Shown piece after piece: positions 49,546-59,415 of a stretch of 64,000 nucleotides of DNA. The stretch is from a virus: the IMG/VR virus record IMGVR_UViG_3300008120_009632, positions 23,452-87,451 of that record; one strand, written 5' to 3'. The notes under the pieces were generated by a model. That model saw only the letters and a program-made list of their open reading frames with translations, was not told where the DNA came from and did not search any database. Every line of letters begins with the position of its first letter. The first letter of the stretch is position 1. A program made the position numbers and the translations under genes.

Positions 49546-49771
49546 TGTCTTCTTTTTTCCTCTCTTTAATGGCTATTATATTAGAGTCTTTGTCAAATGT
49601 GAATATATCTATTATATCTACAATTTCATTAGATTCTATCCATTTAATAGATCCATCAACTAAAGAGATAGACATTCTTTTTCCATTATTTTTAAAGTCT
49701 GTTGTTAATATATACTTTATATTATTGTATATAAAACAATCACCAAAAGATATTTCTTCAATATATTTCAT
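49526..49771 (-). CDS. Hypothetical protein
   Basis: ORF in operon. Confidence 0.65.
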   Translation of the reverse strand: MKYIEEISFGDCFIYNNIKYILTTDFKNNGKRMSISLVDGSIKWIESNEIVDIIDIFTFDKDSNIIAIKERKKEDNVINQN

Positions 49772-49776
49772 ATATT

Positions 49777-49998
49777 TTAGTGATTATAATATCTATCCCA
49801 ATCTTCCCATTCTTCATCTTCAAATTCTTCTTTTATCTTTTTAAGTTCTTTTTTCTGAAGATGGCTTTTTTCCTGGTTTTCGTCCTCAAAAGAAAAATCT
49901 CTTCTAAGATTCTTCTTCTTGATTTTTTCTCTTCTGACGTTCTTTCTGTCTGTATTGTCTTCTTCTTTGTTTTTCATTTTCTCTAGTCCAAAGTTCAT
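49777..49998 (-). CDS. Small highly charged protein
   Basis: Basic N-half and acidic EDEEWEDW tail; first gene after a promoter. Confidence 0.65.
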   Translation of the reverse strand: MNFGLEKMKNKEEDNTDRKNVRREKIKKKNLRRDFSFEDENQEKSHLQKKELKKIKEEFEDEEWEDWDRYYNH

Positions 49999-50003
49999 AA
50001 TTC

Positions 50004-50083
50004 ATAGTACTCTTGGTCACAAAAAAGTCAACACCCAGATAAAAAATTTCAAGCTTGACATCATACCGTATTCTAATTATATA
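50004..50083. promoter_or_regulatory. Divergent sigma70-like promoters at the strand switch
   Basis: Minus: TTGACT-N16-TACTAT (50031-50004). Plus: TTGACA-N17-TATATA (50055-50083). Confidence 0.65.
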
Positions 50084-50125
50084 TTATGCAGTCGGTTGGA
50101 TTTAATCTTATGTAAGACATTTATA

Positions 50126-51787
50126 ATGATAAATACTACTATAGTTACTGGTATTTGGGATCTAGGAAGATCCAATTTATCAGACGGTTGGTCTAGGAAT
50201 TTTGACCACTATATAAACAATTTCAAAAAATTACTATCTAGTTTGGGTGACGATGTTCCTGTTATAGTTTTTATAGATAAAGAACATGAGGATATTGTTT
50301 GGTCTATTAGAAACAGATCAAATACAGCAGTATATCATCAACCAAAAGATGGTTTTTCTGGAAATTTTTTTCCATTTTTTGATAAAGTACAGAAAATAAG
50401 AACTAATAATCAATGGCTTGAGCAAACAGGATGGCTAAAGGATAGTACTCAAGCTAAAATGGAATTATATAATCCTATGGTTATGAGCAAAATGTTCATG
50501 CTACATAATGCAAAAATATATAATCCATTTAATACAGAATATATGTTTTGGCTAGACGGAGGAATAACTAATACTGTACATGAAGGTTATTTTAGTCATG
50601 ATAAGGTTATACATAAGCTAGAAAAAATAGTAGATAAATTTTTCTTTATATGTTTTCCATACGAAACAAATTCTGAAATACACGGATTTAGAATAGATGG
50701 GATGAATAGATACTCAAAAGCAAAAGTTAATAGAGTTGCCAGAGGAGGATTATTCGGTGGTCATATAGATTATATATCTGAAGCTAATGGATTATATTAC
50801 TCATTATTAAACGACTCACTTACAGAAGGATTAATGGGTACAGAGGAAAGTATTTTCACAATAATGACCTATCTTGATGAAGATACATATAAATATCACA
50901 TGATAGAGAATAATGGACTAATTAATAAATTTTTTGAAGATATCAAAAATATATCTAGTGAAGATATTAATAGCATTCATAATAAAAGTAGAAAACCTTA
51001 TGAAAATAATGATGTATTGTTGTATATAAATACATTTAATTCACCTGAACAACTCCAAATGGTTTTAGATAGTTTTGAATTATATGATAATAATTTTCTG
51101 AATAAAACAAAAAAAATACTAATTAATAATTCAACTAAAGTAAATCTAAAAGATCAATATGATAAAATATGTAATAAATATAATTTTATAGAACATATAT
51201 GTAAAGGTAATTTAGGAATTTGTGGAGCTAGACAATTTGCAGCAGAAGATTTTGACAATAAAAAATCAAAATATATGATTTTTTTTGAAGATGATATGCT
51301 ATTAGATCTTTCTAAAAATATATGTAATGTTGGATTTTCTAAGTATGTTAATAATTTGTATGATAATATCATTAAAATAATGAATAAAGAACACTATGAT
51401 TTTCTAAAATTTTCATTCGCTGAGTTTTTTGGACATAATGGAGATCAATGGAGTTGGCATAATTTACCATCAGAACAAAAAATTAAATACTTTGGACCAG
51501 TAAAGAAAAAACCACATACAAATATTAAACATATAAAAACATTTAATAATGTTCCATATGCTGAAGGAGAAATATATTATTCAAATTGGCCTCATATAAT
51601 TGATCAAGAAGGAAATCAAAAATTATTTTTAGACACTAAATGGGATAATCCTTTTGAGCAGACTTGGATGAGCCACATTTATACTCTAACAAAACAAGGT
51701 ATCGTTAAACCAGCTATACTATTAGCTAGTCCAATTACACATAATAGGGTTCATTTTTATGAAGGAAATGAGAGAAGAGAAAACTAA
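50126..51787 (+). CDS. HtrL/YibB-like glycosyltransferase domain fused to a GT-A domain
   Basis: TIVTG.WD, Y...VMSK, W.DGG, GG.FGG, GTEE; C-terminal N.GI.GAR, FFEDD. Likely start at ATG 50126. Confidence 0.75.
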   Translation: MINTTIVTGIWDLGRSNLSDGWSRNFDHYINNFKKLLSSLGDDVPVIVFIDKEHEDIVWSIRNRSNTAVYHQPKDGFSGNFFPFFDKVQKIRTNNQWLEQTGWLKDSTQAKMELYNPMVMSKMFMLHNAKIYNPFNTEYMFWLDGGITNTVHEGYFSHDKVIHKLEKIVDKFFFICFPYETNSEIHGFRIDGMNRYSKAKVNRVARGGLFGGHIDYISEANGLYYSLLNDSLTEGLMGTEESIFTIMTYLDEDTYKYHMIENNGLINKFFEDIKNISSEDINSIHNKSRKPYENNDVLLYINTFNSPEQLQMVLDSFELYDNNFLNKTKKILINNSTKVNLKDQYDKICNKYNFIEHICKGNLGICGARQFAAEDFDNKKSKYMIFFEDDMLLDLSKNICNVGFSKYVNNLYDNIIKIMNKEHYDFLKFSFAEFFGHNGDQWSWHNLPSEQKIKYFGPVKKKPHTNIKHIKTFNNVPYAEGEIYYSNWPHIIDQEGNQKLFLDTKWDNPFEQTWMSHIYTLTKQGIVKPAILLASPITHNRVHFYEGNERREN

Positions 51788-53039
51788 TAATACTATTTTT
51801 ATTCAAATTGCTAGTTATAGAGATCCTCAATTATTGCCAACATTAAGAGATATGCTTAGTAAGGCTGATCATCCAGAGAATTTAAGAATAGGTATTTGTT
51901 GGCAACATTCTAAAGATGATAGTTGGGATAATCTTGATGAATACGCTAATGATCATAGATTTAGAATTATAGATATTAATTATCTTGACTCCAAGGGAGT
52001 TTGTTGGGCCAGAAATTCAGTCCAACAATTATACGATAATGAAAAATATACTATGCAATTAGATAGTCATCATAGATTTATTGAGCATTGGGATACTGAA
52101 CTTATAGATATGATTAAATATTTACAAAAAAAGGGTCACTCCAAACCATTATTAACAGGATATATACCAAGTTTTGATCCAGATAATGATCCACAAGCAA
52201 GAGTTATGGAACCATGGAAAATGAATTTTGATAGATTTATTCCAGAAGGAGCCGTGTTCTTTCTTCCTGCATCATTTGATATTTGGGATTCAAAAGATGA
52301 ACCCCTACCAGCCAGATTTTATAGTGCTCATTTTGCTTTTACAATTGGAGAATTTGCTAAAGAGGTACAGCATGATCCTGAATATTATTTTCATGGAGAA
52401 GAAATTAGTATAGCAGTTAGAGCGTATACTCATGGATATGATTTGTTCCATCCTCATAAAGTTATTTGTTGGCACGAATATACTAGAAAAGGAAGAAAAA
52501 AACAATGGGATGATGATCCAACATGGTTTAAGAAAAATGATCGATGTCATCTAAAAAATAGAAAACTATTTGAAATGGATGGTGAAAAAAGAGATGTAGA
52601 TTTTAGTATATATGGATTTGGTACAGTTAGGTCACTTAGAGACTATGAAAAATATAGTGGCTTAAGCTTTAACAAAAGGGCAATACAAAAAAGAGTTTTG
52701 GATCATAAGGCTCCACCAGATCCAGAAACATCAGACTTAAATGACGATGAATTTAATGCAAAATTATTACAAATATTTAAACATTGTATAGATATACAAT
52801 ACTCTCAAGTTCCAGAAGATGACTATGATTTTTGGGCTGTTGCATTCAAAGATCATAATGGTAATGATATATACAGAAAAGATGCAGATAAAGATGAAAT
52901 ATCAAGAATGAAAAATGATCCTGATGGATATTGTAAAGTATGGAGAGAGTTTCAAACAGATCAAAAACCAAGCAGTTGGCTAGTTTGGCCTCATAGTATA
53001 TCTAAGGGTTGGAGTGATCCAATTACTGGCAATCTATAA
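51759..53039 (+). CDS. GT60 (Gnt1-like) hydroxyproline/polypeptide alpha-GlcNAc transferase
   Basis: IFIQIASYRD, G.CWAR, QLDSH.RF..WD, F.GEEI...RA.T.GYD..P, G..RSL.DY. Confidence 0.85.
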   Translation: MKEMREEKTNNTIFIQIASYRDPQLLPTLRDMLSKADHPENLRIGICWQHSKDDSWDNLDEYANDHRFRIIDINYLDSKGVCWARNSVQQLYDNEKYTMQLDSHHRFIEHWDTELIDMIKYLQKKGHSKPLLTGYIPSFDPDNDPQARVMEPWKMNFDRFIPEGAVFFLPASFDIWDSKDEPLPARFYSAHFAFTIGEFAKEVQHDPEYYFHGEEISIAVRAYTHGYDLFHPHKVICWHEYTRKGRKKQWDDDPTWFKKNDRCHLKNRKLFEMDGEKRDVDFSIYGFGTVRSLRDYEKYSGLSFNKRAIQKRVLDHKAPPDPETSDLNDDEFNAKLLQIFKHCIDIQYSQVPEDDYDFWAVAFKDHNGNDIYRKDADKDEISRMKNDPDGYCKVWREFQTDQKPSSWLVWPHSISKGWSDPITGNL

Positions 53040-53707
53040 TGCTTCATATTCTCGGATACTGCACAGACATAAATCATCAAAATATATCTTTTTTAAAAAA
53101 TAGATTACCGTCTTTAGAAATTATTAATTCTAATGAAATAGAATTATCTCAAACCTTTTATGCAAAATCGTATTACATACTTGAAAAAATAAAAACATAT
53201 AACAAAAATGATTATGTTATTGTTTGCGATTTATATGATGTTTTACCACTATGGTATACAAATATAGATAGTTTATACGAAAGTATAAAAATAAATTTTG
53301 ATCTAGATAAAATTACGTTTAATGCCGAAGTCGGTTGTTATCCAGATTGCTCTATTGCTAATTCTTATCCAAAACAAAACTATAAATGGAAATATCTAAA
53401 TGCTGGATTATATTTTGGTAAAGTATTAAACATTATAAATATGTTAAATATATCTATAGATAAAATTAAAACCGAAATGGATCAATTGGTATTTAGTAAA
53501 TTATTTTTAAGTAGTAATTTGATAGCTTTAGACTATGAATGTAGAGTATTTCAATCTGTATACGAAGGCACAATAGGCGGATCAATGAATTTGAATGATT
53601 TTTATATACAAGATAATATAATATATAATAAATATTTTAATACTAAACCATTGTTTTTTCACGGAAACGGAAAAACAAATATGTCTAAGTTATCTCCATA
53701 TTTGTGA
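53039..53707 (+). CDS. PLOD (procollagen lysyl hydroxylase)-type glycosyltransferase domain protein
   Basis: D.YDV, F.AE..CYP, YLNAG.Y.G, DQ, LD..C..FQ, P...HGNG. Confidence 0.82.
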   Translation: MLHILGYCTDINHQNISFLKNRLPSLEIINSNEIELSQTFYAKSYYILEKIKTYNKNDYVIVCDLYDVLPLWYTNIDSLYESIKINFDLDKITFNAEVGCYPDCSIANSYPKQNYKWKYLNAGLYFGKVLNIINMLNISIDKIKTEMDQLVFSKLFLSSNLIALDYECRVFQSVYEGTIGGSMNLNDFYIQDNIIYNKYFNTKPLFFHGNGKTNMSKLSPYL

Positions 53708-54343
53708 CTGTGGATGCCTACCATCCCAGTTCATATATATTGGACCTATATGATCAACATCGCAAGGTAAGCATTTTTTTTGTTTGAAAGTATTAGCAAA
53801 CATACAATCATAAACACTAGCGTTCCTAGATTCAGAAAAATTTTTCAAATTCGACTTATGAAATAATTGAAAATATCCTATATGATAACAACCTCCTTGA
53901 ACATATTTTTTGTTTAGATAATCATTAAACGTATTATATATTCTACGCCCACAGCTATATAAGCATTCATTGCTTTTGTCTGGTAATTGATTAAATACAT
54001 CAATCATACTTGTTGATCTTGGATCTGTAATATTAGATATTATACAGTCTGAGTCCAATAAAAGTATATACTCATAACTATTATCTTTAAGAGTTAAATT
54101 TTTAAAAAACGAGTTTAGAGCTCTAGCTTTATTAAAAGGATTATCATTATGATAAAATTCATTTGTTATATAGCAATTTATATTTTTTTGTTTACAAAAT
54201 TCTTGTGTTGACGTATCTTTTTCTGTAGTTATTATAAAATAATAATTATTAAGCAGTATTTCTTTATTTTTCTCAAAACAAAAAGATAAATAATCTAAAT
54301 AATCAACGCAAATACTTACGATTAATATTTTCATGTTAGTCAT
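53690..54343 (-). CDS. GT-A fold glycosyltransferase-like protein
   Basis: CVDY.DYL, FNK..A.N, LLDSD, GYFQL, H.G...NWDGR. Confidence 0.72.
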   Translation of the reverse strand: MTNMKILIVSICVDYLDYLSFCFEKNKEILLNNYYFIITTEKDTSTQEFCKQKNINCYITNEFYHNDNPFNKARALNSFFKNLTLKDNSYEYILLLDSDCIISNITDPRSTSMIDVFNQLPDKSNECLYSCGRRIYNTFNDYLNKKYVQGGCYHIGYFQLFHKSNLKNFSESRNASVYDCMFANTFKQKKCLPCDVDHIGPIYMNWDGRHPQSQIWR

Positions 54344-54376
54344 TTCTATTAGTTTAAATATTAAAAATCATATTCA

Positions 54377-54387
54377 ATAATTACACC
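54377..54387 (-). promoter_or_regulatory. GGTGTA-class putative promoter (GGTGTAATTAT)
   Basis: Upstream of an isolated minus-strand gene that needs its own promoter. Confidence 0.6.
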
Positions 54388-54408
54388 ATTAATTACTTAA
54401 AATAAATT

Positions 54409-55113
54409 ATGAATAATATAAATAAATACATATCAGATTGGGATAATATTCATTGCGAACAACATGTTGTTAATCTTGTTGAACAAATATATAAAAAAAT
54501 TAATGCATATTATATACATGATGAGTCAATATGTGTAGTAGATATTGGAGCAAATGTTGGAAAAGTATATGATTTATTATCTAAAAAGATATCTTTAGAA
54601 CAATACTATATGATTGAACCAAATATCGAACTCTATAAATATCTAATAGATAAATATAAAAATAATTCTAACATAAAAATTTACAATAATGCAGTAGGGT
54701 TGACTGATAATATTGTTTATTTTGACACTTCCTCTATGGAGTATCAAATAAAAAATAATTCTACTAATTTAAATTTTGGACTATGTAAAGTTTCCAATAA
54801 TCCAACTAATCAGGAGATTAAGAGTATAAAAATATCTCAGTTTTTTCAAGATAATCCTATCCTATACGGAAAACCATGTTTTATAAAAATAGATACCGAA
54901 AATTTTGATTATCAAATATTATCAGACTTAGTAAATGTTATAGATTTATTTAATAAAAAACCCATTATAGAATTTGAAAATAACTATTTTTGTGATGGAC
55001 ATAGTATAGAATGGGCTCAGAGTATAGTTGATCAATATATTAATAAAGGATATCAAAAAATAGAAGTAACAAGACATATGGGTGATGGCATATTAGAACC
55101 GTATTATGAATAA
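54409..55113 (+). CDS. FkbM-family methyltransferase
   Basis: VDIGANVG, IEP, FIKIDTE. Confidence 0.85.
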   Translation: MNNINKYISDWDNIHCEQHVVNLVEQIYKKINAYYIHDESICVVDIGANVGKVYDLLSKKISLEQYYMIEPNIELYKYLIDKYKNNSNIKIYNNAVGLTDNIVYFDTSSMEYQIKNNSTNLNFGLCKVSNNPTNQEIKSIKISQFFQDNPILYGKPCFIKIDTENFDYQILSDLVNVIDLFNKKPIIEFENNYFCDGHSIEWAQSIVDQYINKGYQKIEVTRHMGDGILEPYYE

Positions 55114-56122
55114 ATTAATAATTAGACATACGTTTAGGAATATTTCTGACAGAGGGTGTGACTACTATGCTACAACTTTTTTTATAAAACTATTTGATAT
55201 ATTAAAAAATAGATATCCCAATATAGATTTTCAAATTGATGAATGCAAAAAATATGAATCTATGGGATATGGTGGATTATCTAGTTGTATGCATTTATCC
55301 ATACTTAATCCAATTAATAATAAATATATTCTTATTTCATTATTTGATAATTGGAAATATCATTTTAATCGAGTTCTAGGTTGGGATCCAGATAATATGG
55401 TACAATTTTTTTATGCTGGATCATTTGATTTTTTAGATTTTTATGCCTATAAACAATTAGTTTCTTACAACAAAGACTTTGTATTTCCTAATAATATTCA
55501 AGATATACATAAACAATTTTTTTATATACCTTGTTATGATTGTTTATACGATACTTTAACTAATCTTTTTAATAATAGAAATATTAATAATTTAAAAAAA
55601 CCTAATTTATTTTTTAGAGGTTATTTATGGGATACTAGAAAATTAATGATAAGTAATATAAAAAATATATCTAATGATATTATTATTATTGATAAAAATA
55701 CAGAAAATAATAATTTTCATTATAGCAATTTTGTATCGGAACTCGCATCTTATAAAGCATCATTAAGTTTACCTGGAGGAACTTCTATTTGTCATAGAGA
55801 TATAGAAAGTTTTGCTGTTGGAACACCAGTATTTAGACCATTATTAACAACTAATTATCCAGATCCATTATTACCCAATCATCATTATATTGCTTTTTAT
55901 GGTTTATGTGATTATAGTAATGAACATCATCCAACATTTGTATCCTATGAAGATTTTCAAAATAATTTATTATATTGGTGGAATAAATTAAAGAATAATG
56001 AAGAATATCTAAATTATATATCAGTAAATGCTAGAGATTGGTTCGTTAAACACTGCACAATGGATAAAAATATAGAATACGTTTTATCTCAATTAAATAT
56101 AGAAAAACTTAATTATGATTAA
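55106..56122 (+). CDS. GT-B glycosyltransferase-like protein (GT90/GT47-like C-terminus)
   Basis: LFFRG, LSLPG...C.RDIE....G.P, L.PN.HYI, I..NAR.W. Confidence 0.65.
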   Translation: MNKLIIRHTFRNISDRGCDYYATTFFIKLFDILKNRYPNIDFQIDECKKYESMGYGGLSSCMHLSILNPINNKYILISLFDNWKYHFNRVLGWDPDNMVQFFYAGSFDFLDFYAYKQLVSYNKDFVFPNNIQDIHKQFFYIPCYDCLYDTLTNLFNNRNINNLKKPNLFFRGYLWDTRKLMISNIKNISNDIIIIDKNTENNNFHYSNFVSELASYKASLSLPGGTSICHRDIESFAVGTPVFRPLLTTNYPDPLLPNHHYIAFYGLCDYSNEHHPTFVSYEDFQNNLLYWWNKLKNNEEYLNYISVNARDWFVKHCTMDKNIEYVLSQLNIEKLNYD

Positions 56123-56724
56123 TATTAATCTTCGTGAAGAATTATCTTGTTCTGGTAAAAATTGTTTTGATAATAATTTTTTTATAAATAGCTTGAGTGG
56201 AGATATTGCTCATTTATCCTATAAAGGACTATCAACAGAGCAAAATCCTAATATTATATATCCTTTTAATACGTTAATAGCAAATGCCAAACCATCAAGA
56301 ATAATAGAGATAGGAACATTTTATGGTGGATTAACATTAATATTAAGAGCACTACTTCATAATAATATGCTATATAGCTCACAAATTTTCACATATGATA
56401 TAAATTGCCCTGCTCATCTCTTATCTTTAATTAATGATTCAAGCAATATTAAATCATATACCAAAAATTTATTTTCTGAATCTTATTCTGAAAAAGTGTG
56501 AGTTTAATATTTTGTCTGCTTATCTCAAACCCAATGATATCATCATGGCCCATGACTATTGTCCAAATAGAAACTATTTTGAAGACAATATGAAAGGTAA
56601 ACAGTGGAACTGGTGCGAGATAGAGGATAATGATATCAATAATAGTATTACTACAAATAATTTAACAAAATTTATGTATGAAGATTTTCTATCTGTCGGC
56701 TGGCTATGTATGAAAAAATCATAA
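56115..56724 (+). pseudogene. CmcI-like SAM methyltransferase split by an apparent deletion/frameshift near 56490
   Basis: 5' ORF has P..IIEIGT..GG..L and TYDI; 3' ORF has EF..L..YLK..D.IMAHDY in the +1 frame. Confidence 0.7.
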
Positions 56725-57630
56725 TACTGGATATAGTATTCCATATCCTTGATATTTTTTAATACCTTTATATTCTTTATTTTGCAAATCTTTAGCCGAC
56801 TGTTTAAACACATTAATATAATCTTCAACAGTATCTAGTTTATATTTTTTATATTTTCTATTATATGATAATAACAAACTAGCACATCCCACAACAAATG
56901 GATTACTCATACTAGTGCCACTCATTAAAGCATACTTATTTCCTGGAACACAACCCAAAATATTATATCCTGGAGCAAGAAAATCTAACGAATCTCCACT
57001 ACAGGTAAAGTCTGTCCTATCTAAATTTTCATTTATTGCACCAATAGCTATAGTATGATTATATTTAGCTGGATACATTATATCTGTATTTTTTCCTGAA
57101 TTACCAGCAGCACAGAACATTACGCAACCTTTGCTTGCCGCATAATCTATCGCTGATTCTAGTAATTGAGCAGGGTATGGGGAGCCTAAACTCATTGTAA
57201 TAAAATCTACTTTTCTATCAGCTGCCCATTTAATTGCTTTAGCTATATTATTTAAATTACCATTACCATTATCTCCAAGAGCTTTTACTGCTATTATTTT
57301 TGTTTTTGGTGCCACCCCTACCATACCTGTTCCATTATTTTCTGCTGCTATCGTTGATGAGACATGAGTACCATGACCAGCAATATCATTAACCTTTTGA
57401 TTAGGATTATCAAAATTTATACTATCTATTATATTATTTTTAATATCTTCATGATTTATATCACAACCAGTATCTATAACAGCCACAGTTACTCCATCTC
57501 CTTGAGATTTATTCCATAAAGATTTAATTCCAAATTTATCTATTTCCCATCCAGTAATTTGTTTTGTTTCTGGAGTAATTCCGAATAAATCTTCTCTTGT
57601 ATATGGTAGTAATCCAATTTTATTGACCAT
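56719..57630 (-). CDS. Subtilisin-family (S8) serine protease
   Basis: VAVIDTG, HGTHV, AAGNSG, SGTSMS.P. Confidence 0.95.
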   Translation of the reverse strand: MVNKIGLLPYTREDLFGITPETKQITGWEIDKFGIKSLWNKSQGDGVTVAVIDTGCDINHEDIKNNIIDSINFDNPNQKVNDIAGHGTHVSSTIAAENNGTGMVGVAPKTKIIAVKALGDNGNGNLNNIAKAIKWAADRKVDFITMSLGSPYPAQLLESAIDYAASKGCVMFCAAGNSGKNTDIMYPAKYNHTIAIGAINENLDRTDFTCSGDSLDFLAPGYNILGCVPGNKYALMSGTSMSNPFVVGCASLLLSYNRKYKKYKLDTVEDYINVFKQSAKDLQNKEYKGIKKYQGYGILYPVL

Positions 57631-58387
57631 TATGTTTCTCCATTATTTTAATTTTTCGTTCTTTTATCCATGATATAAATTTGCTTATTCTTGTATGACC
57701 ACACTCATCTCCGTATGTGGAATCTGGTTTTTTATCGGCAGCCATAACACAGGAGTTTATTCCTGCTAATCTATTATCTATAAATAATCCACCACCACTA
57801 TCACCGCTTGCTATTATAAACTCTAGTGATGTTTTTTTATAGGAACCAGATGGTGAACAAATTAATAGATCATTGTCTATACTATCTATAGTATTTAATC
57901 CTGCTCTTCTATTATCATCAGATTTTATAGCGCCAGTTTCAAAAGTTCCAGTTAAACCATATCCGGACATACTACATACTTTATCAAGCTCATCTGTATT
58001 TTCATATAATTCAGGATAAATAGTTAATCCAATATCATTATCACAATATCCTATAGCTATATCTTTAAATCCAAAATTTTTTGGTTCAAATTCTATTGGA
58101 TATTCTAAATTTATTACTTTGATTGTTTTACCATTTATGGTAATATTACAACTTTTTGCTTCCTTTATAACATGTGCTGCTGTTAATATAAATCTATTAT
58201 CTATAGCCACAGCAGAAGCACAGTATTGTTTATTATCTCCAGCTATTCCACATAATTTTCCAACACAACTAAATTTTTGTCCATATTCTATATATTTCAT
58301 ATCTTCGTTATAAGGATCAATAGTTCCAGCAGATACTTGGAAAGTACTGCTTAATAGTATTATTAATAAAATAATATATTTGATCAT
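57620..58387 (-). CDS. Trypsin-like (S1) serine protease with signal peptide
   Basis: LTAAHV, DIA, GDSGG; hydrophobic leader after GGAG SD. Confidence 0.9.
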   Translation of the reverse strand: MIKYIILLIILLSSTFQVSAGTIDPYNEDMKYIEYGQKFSCVGKLCGIAGDNKQYCASAVAIDNRFILTAAHVIKEAKSCNITINGKTIKVINLEYPIEFEPKNFGFKDIAIGYCDNDIGLTIYPELYENTDELDKVCSMSGYGLTGTFETGAIKSDDNRRAGLNTIDSIDNDLLICSPSGSYKKTSLEFIIASGDSGGGLFIDNRLAGINSCVMAADKKPDSTYGDECGHTRISKFISWIKERKIKIMEKHNGQ

Positions 58388-58408
58388 AACTATCTCCAAT
58401 CGTTCTAA

Positions 58409-59410
58409 TCATACGGGAGGACAGCACTTTCCGTTTGTGTAAATCCAAGAACTTGGACAACATATTAAATCTCCATTACCATCAAGACCACAAGAATCAT
58501 AAGAAATTACACCAACAGAGACAGCAGTACTGATATTCCCATTCTGAGTTACTGTGTAATTTTCTAGAATAGATTGATTATTATTATATATTCCTATAAA
58601 TATATTTCCAGATATATATTCATAATTGATTGTAAAACACGAAGTAGGATTATCTGAATCACAAATTTCTAAAGCACCACCATTTGGGTCGAATCCTATT
58701 GTTGAGTCAACTTCCAGAGTATGAGCATCTGGACAAGTTACTGCCGGTCCATTTGATGGTCCTCCATCTGGAGGTTGTGGTGGAGTTGGAGGATCTCCCC
58801 AAGGATTTGTTCCCGGAGGAGGAGGAGGAGGAGGAGGAGGAGGAGATGGTGGACTAGGAGGACTAGGAGGCCCAGGAAACAATCCGCCACCACCTCCACC
58901 CGGAGGAAATCCTGGCTGATTAGGAAATCCTGGTTCTTCTTGACTATTGCAACTCCCACATTTACCATTGACAAAATTACCTCCACAAGGAGATAATGGA
59001 TTAGATGGAGGATATTCACTAAATTCACCACCTCGTTTATCTTGACATTCATTTTTACATCCGCATTCTGTCATTGACTTTCCAGGTTTTTTCATTTGTT
59101 GACAAGTTAAAATATTATAACAACCATCTCCATCTTTATCAAAATAACAAGTAGCTGTTGTTTCAGAGTCTACAATACCGCCATACGTTGGAGTCTTATA
59201 AAAGTCACAAATATTTTCATCTGTAAATCCAAAATCTTCTAATGTTTTTTTAGAACAATCAGCTTTTGATGATGCTTGTATACAAGCTTTAGGTCCTTGA
59301 TAACTAAAATAAGCTCCACACTTTTTCGGAGTAGCACAACATTGTGAACATATTGCATCAGATTCTTCTGATGACTGTATTTCAAAACTATTAAATTTAA
59401 ATATTTTCAT
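58409..59410 (-). CDS. Cys-rich protein with extensin-like poly-proline tract
   Basis: GPPSPPSPPSPPPPPPPPPPG; numerous Cys. Confidence 0.8.
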   Translation of the reverse strand: MKIFKFNSFEIQSSEESDAICSQCCATPKKCGAYFSYQGPKACIQASSKADCSKKTLEDFGFTDENICDFYKTPTYGGIVDSETTATCYFDKDGDGCYNILTCQQMKKPGKSMTECGCKNECQDKRGGEFSEYPPSNPLSPCGGNFVNGKCGSCNSQEEPGFPNQPGFPPGGGGGGLFPGPPSPPSPPSPPPPPPPPPPGTNPWGDPPTPPQPPDGGPSNGPAVTCPDAHTLEVDSTIGFDPNGGALEICDSDNPTSCFTINYEYISGNIFIGIYNNNQSILENYTVTQNGNISTAVSVGVISYDSCGLDGNGDLICCPSSWIYTNGKCCPPV

Positions 59411-59415
59411 TATTA

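Noticed and set aside
49919-50125. 69-aa N-terminal extension of the 622-aa ORF
   Set aside because: Overlaps an opposite-strand gene and the divergent promoters; the conserved domain begins at ATG 50126
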